DNA of 63,942 nt, filler included. It is 4 parts of 4 records of this genome, joined end to end, with 100 filler letters (N's around TTAATTAATTAA, not from the genome) between each part and the next. Parts side by side here need not be neighbours in the genome. Positions count along the whole stretch, not along the records: positions 57,650 to 63,942 come from SRR20825019_736; 3 more parts are not named here. The stretch is one strand, 5' to 3'. Positions 61,355 through 63,942 of this stretch are shown here, piece after piece. The translations under genes were made by a program, and so were the position numbers. Below the pieces are notes generated by a model. That model saw only the letters and a list, made by a program, of their open reading frames with translations. It did not search any database and was not told the DNA's origin. Numbering within the stretch: position 1 is the first letter of the stretch; the number at the start of each line of letters is the position of its first letter.

Positions 61355-62977
61355 TTACTCGTCGCCGTAGCGGCCCTGGAGCTGGCGCTTGAGGCGGGTG
61401 TGGGCGCTGTCCCAGCGCTGGGCGGCGGGGAGGGCGTTGTAGGCATCCTGATCAGCCTGGACACACGGGACAGGGGCAGGCTTGGTGTAAGTAGCCACAA
61501 TGTTCTCGGGGGCCTGTGTCTCGTCCACCCAGTACGTCTTCATGGATCCCTTGCCCTTGATCGTAATGTCGCCGTGGAGCTCTACCTTGAAGAGAGGATG
61601 GCCCTCGAGGATGGCTGCCATCGTCTCAGTGGTGTGGATGCGAGCAGGCTCACCATTGGACTCCATGCGTGACGCCACGTTGACGGTATCTCCCCACACG
61701 TCATAAAGGAACTTGGTGCGACCAATAATTCCCGCGATCACATTACCAGTGTGCATTCCAATGCGGACGTTGATCGACTGCGAAATCCACCTGGAGGTCA
61801 CAATATGCTTCATGCGAACAGCAAACATGGCGATACGCTCAACATGATCCTCGATTCTCACTGGCAGCCCGCCGGCAATCATGTAGCAGTCACCGATGGT
61901 CTTGATTTTCTCCAGCCCAAGCTCGGTCGCCACCTCATCGAAATCAACAAACAGCTGGTTCAACATATCCACGACCTCCTCTGCAGTGTGAGTGGACGAG
62001 TACGCAGTGAAGCCGACAATATCAGCGAAGAGCAACGTCGCGTACTCAAAGTGCTCCGCGATCGCAAGGTCCCCACCACCCTTCTTCTCCAGCTTGTGGA
62101 TGATCTCCTCGGGAAGAATACCACGAAGCACGGTCTTGGCCTTCTCCTGTGCCTTGAACAGGGCAAGAGCCATCAGGAAGTCCTTACGACTGTGAACCTC
62201 CATATTGTAGCTGGCGATGGACAGAATGATCACGGACAGAGCCAAGAACATGAAGTGCTCCACGATCTTGTAGTCGGCCTTCCGGTCATACTCGGCCGTG
62301 TGATAGGTCAGCACTACAGCAAAGCACATGAAGATAGCGTACATAAAGCGAACACGAGATACGGTGCAGTAATACATCAGGAACAAGAACAGCGCCGGGT
62401 AGAAATCGTCACCCTCCACAGTCGCAACGTAAACGTGACCCAGGCCGGAAAGGAGCAGGCAATAGCAAGTGGCGCTCTGGAACTGGCGCTTGATATCGTC
62501 AAAAAAGGTAAACAGGAAGGCCATGAAGAAGGCCGGTCCGCTGATGCAGAACCGGGTCTCCATCACCCTGGTCATGGAAGGGAACTGGTTGATCTCCTCC
62601 TCGTCCACAATGGACATCAGCAAGTACAAAAAGAATCCCACAACCAACGCCACACGCGCAGGAATAAGTCCACGGTCGGCGTAGTCGTACTGGTACGCAC
62701 GCTCGACGTCGATATCGTTGAAGTCAAGGGTCAACATTTGCATCGTGATAGTGTTGGACTTCATCATATCCTTGCGGAGAGCGGATGTATTCTCAATCAC
62801 GTCCGCATATTGTCCAATCTTACCCTTCCTGTTGGGGTTCCTAGCGAAGAACGGGAAAATGTGGTATCCCGGCCTCCACTTCGTTCCCTTACGGGCGGGG
62901 TCGTTCGCCGCCCGCACAGGCCCTGACGGCTGGCTCTTGGCGATAAGCGGCTCGCGCTCACCAATGTCAGCACCCAT
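61355..62977 (-). CDS. Class III adenylyl cyclase with about six TM helices and a single catalytic domain
   Basis: LLFADIVGFT, KIKTIGDCYM (Lys = ATP specificity), RIGMHTG, YDVWGDTVNVASRMES; hydrophobic N-terminal half; uninterrupted ORF. Confidence 0.92.
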   Translation of the reverse strand: MGADIGEREPLIAKSQPSGPVRAANDPARKGTKWRPGYHIFPFFARNPNRKGKIGQYADVIENTSALRKDMMKSNTITMQMLTLDFNDIDVERAYQYDYADRGLIPARVALVVGFFLYLLMSIVDEEEINQFPSMTRVMETRFCISGPAFFMAFLFTFFDDIKRQFQSATCYCLLLSGLGHVYVATVEGDDFYPALFLFLMYYCTVSRVRFMYAIFMCFAVVLTYHTAEYDRKADYKIVEHFMFLALSVIILSIASYNMEVHSRKDFLMALALFKAQEKAKTVLRGILPEEIIHKLEKKGGGDLAIAEHFEYATLLFADIVGFTAYSSTHTAEEVVDMLNQLFVDFDEVATELGLEKIKTIGDCYMIAGGLPVRIEDHVERIAMFAVRMKHIVTSRWISQSINVRIGMHTGNVIAGIIGRTKFLYDVWGDTVNVASRMESNGEPARIHTTETMAAILEGHPLFKVELHGDITIKGKGSMKTYWVDETQAPENIVATYTKPAPVPCVQADQDAYNALPAAQRWDSAHTRLKRQLQGRYGDE

Positions 62978-63917
62978 TGTTACAGAAGCTGATTAGCTTG
63001 AAGGCATACCTTAGTGGAACTGGACATATATAAGACCTTGTCGTGGTGGCGGAGAGGTCTGCATGGCGGGTGGATGCGGGCTTGTCCGTCGCAACGCAAC
63101 AGCCCGGCCCGGCCGGTGGTTGGCGTGTTCTGGTGTTGCTAGTGTCGCTGAGCCGAGGAGCGCCATCATCATTCATGATTGTGAGGACGAGCTGTAGCCG
63201 GCGACCACGTCCGCTGAGTCCAGGCTAGGCCGGGGGGCGGACGAGCTGGCCCTCGCCCTGTGAGCGACCCCGCACTACTCCCCACCCGCACGCCGGGTGA
63301 CATGATGGTGGGCCGCCCGCCTCGGGCGGCCTGCGGCTTTCTTGGGGCGGGGCCTCGTCACAGTTGCGGCCTACGCACATCCAATAGCGATTATCACTTT
63401 CGATGTAACGAAGATATGAGATTGCTTCAGATTGTATCTGAAGATTTGAGATGATATCCCCTTTGGTATTGGCTTCGGTGAATCCTCCGAGGTGCAACAA
63501 ACCCAAACCATGCATGGGGGCCGGGGGTACTGATGCGGCAATCACGGCGGCAGGGCAACAGTCGGGCCCTTCACCAACTTCAGAGTCCATGACACAACCA
63601 CTGCCACCGCACCCGCCCCGCAGGCGGGGCGCCGCCTAGCCCGCCACTCGTCCAGTGCGAGCGACGGGGCGGCCACCCTGGCGGCACCCCGGCGCGAGAG
63701 GAGGGAGGCCTCGGAGGATTTCGATTTTCAGTGGTCGTTGCTAATCCGCCGGGCCTCTTTGATCGAGAGTGTTCCCGCGCCGGGCGGGGCTGGTCTCCGT
63801 GTCCACGGGGGATCTGCACTGAGGCAGAGCTTGTTCACCACTTCAAAGGCCTGTGGTTGTGTTCCCCCGAGCGCGCTAGGTAACGGTCGCGTCTTCCAAG
63901 ACCATTGCAGGAAGGGA

Positions 63918-63942
63918 CCCCCCCCCCCCCCCCCCCCCCCCC
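63918..63942. other. Terminal poly-C run, probably a poly-G sequencing artefact
   Basis: 25 consecutive C at the very end of the window. Confidence 0.6.

Noticed and set aside
62989..63009. 21-nt GTATG..CTAATCAG mini-intron in the cyclase 5' UTR
   Set aside because: Far shorter than all other introns in this block; unsupported without transcripts.
63225..63590. 121-aa minus-strand ORF
   Set aside because: No recognisable domain or convincing exon structure.
1..63942. CRISPR arrays, rRNA, tRNA, transposases, integrases, spliced-leader RNA gene
   Set aside because: No regularly spaced repeats or diagnostic motifs seen by eye; a tRNAscan/Infernal run would be needed to exclude small RNAs.

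Overview
The window is not one chromosome. It is four sequence blocks joined by identical 100-nt artificial spacers (44 N + TTAATTAATTAA + 44 N) at 26610-26709, 43364-43463 and 57550-57649. Block 1 (1-26609) is a eukaryotic, intron-free, single-strand (all minus) gene array with short AT-rich spacers and polypyrimidine tracts, typical of a kinetoplastid polycistronic unit, probably a free-living bodonid-like flagellate. It encodes a secreted protein, COG4, an M16A peptidase, a multi-Tc38/ArdC-N-like protein, an LRR protein, an enoyl-CoA isomerase, RRM-like proteins and KATNIP. Blocks 2 (26710-43363) and 3 (43464-57549) are GC-rich alphaproteobacterial DNA (Hyphomicrobiales, Devosia-like by my reading). 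Block 2 holds opp ABC genes, a fadE-fadJ-fadI / fadD-liuR beta-oxidation locus with LiuR boxes, an exonuclease-ligase-UVR-motif operon and an esterase. Block 3 holds a CHASE-PAS-GGDEF-EAL gene, prpDCB with its XRE regulator, selO, a HAD hydrolase, a SleB-type hydrolase with a CtrA box, pckA and chvI. Block 4 (57650-63942) is a different, intron-rich eukaryote carrying PIG-A (8 predicted introns, long N-terminal extension) and an intronless 6-TM class III adenylyl cyclase. I see no CRISPR array, rRNA, tRNA or transposase, and I cannot claim a clearly new multi-gene system. The best leads are the exonuclease-ligase-UVR operon, an in-frame amber codon at the 5' end of a kinetoplastid gene, the large Tc38-repeat protein, a LiuR-like box upstream of oppA, the PIG-A extension and the intronless cyclase. 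All family assignments come from motif recognition by eye, not database searches.
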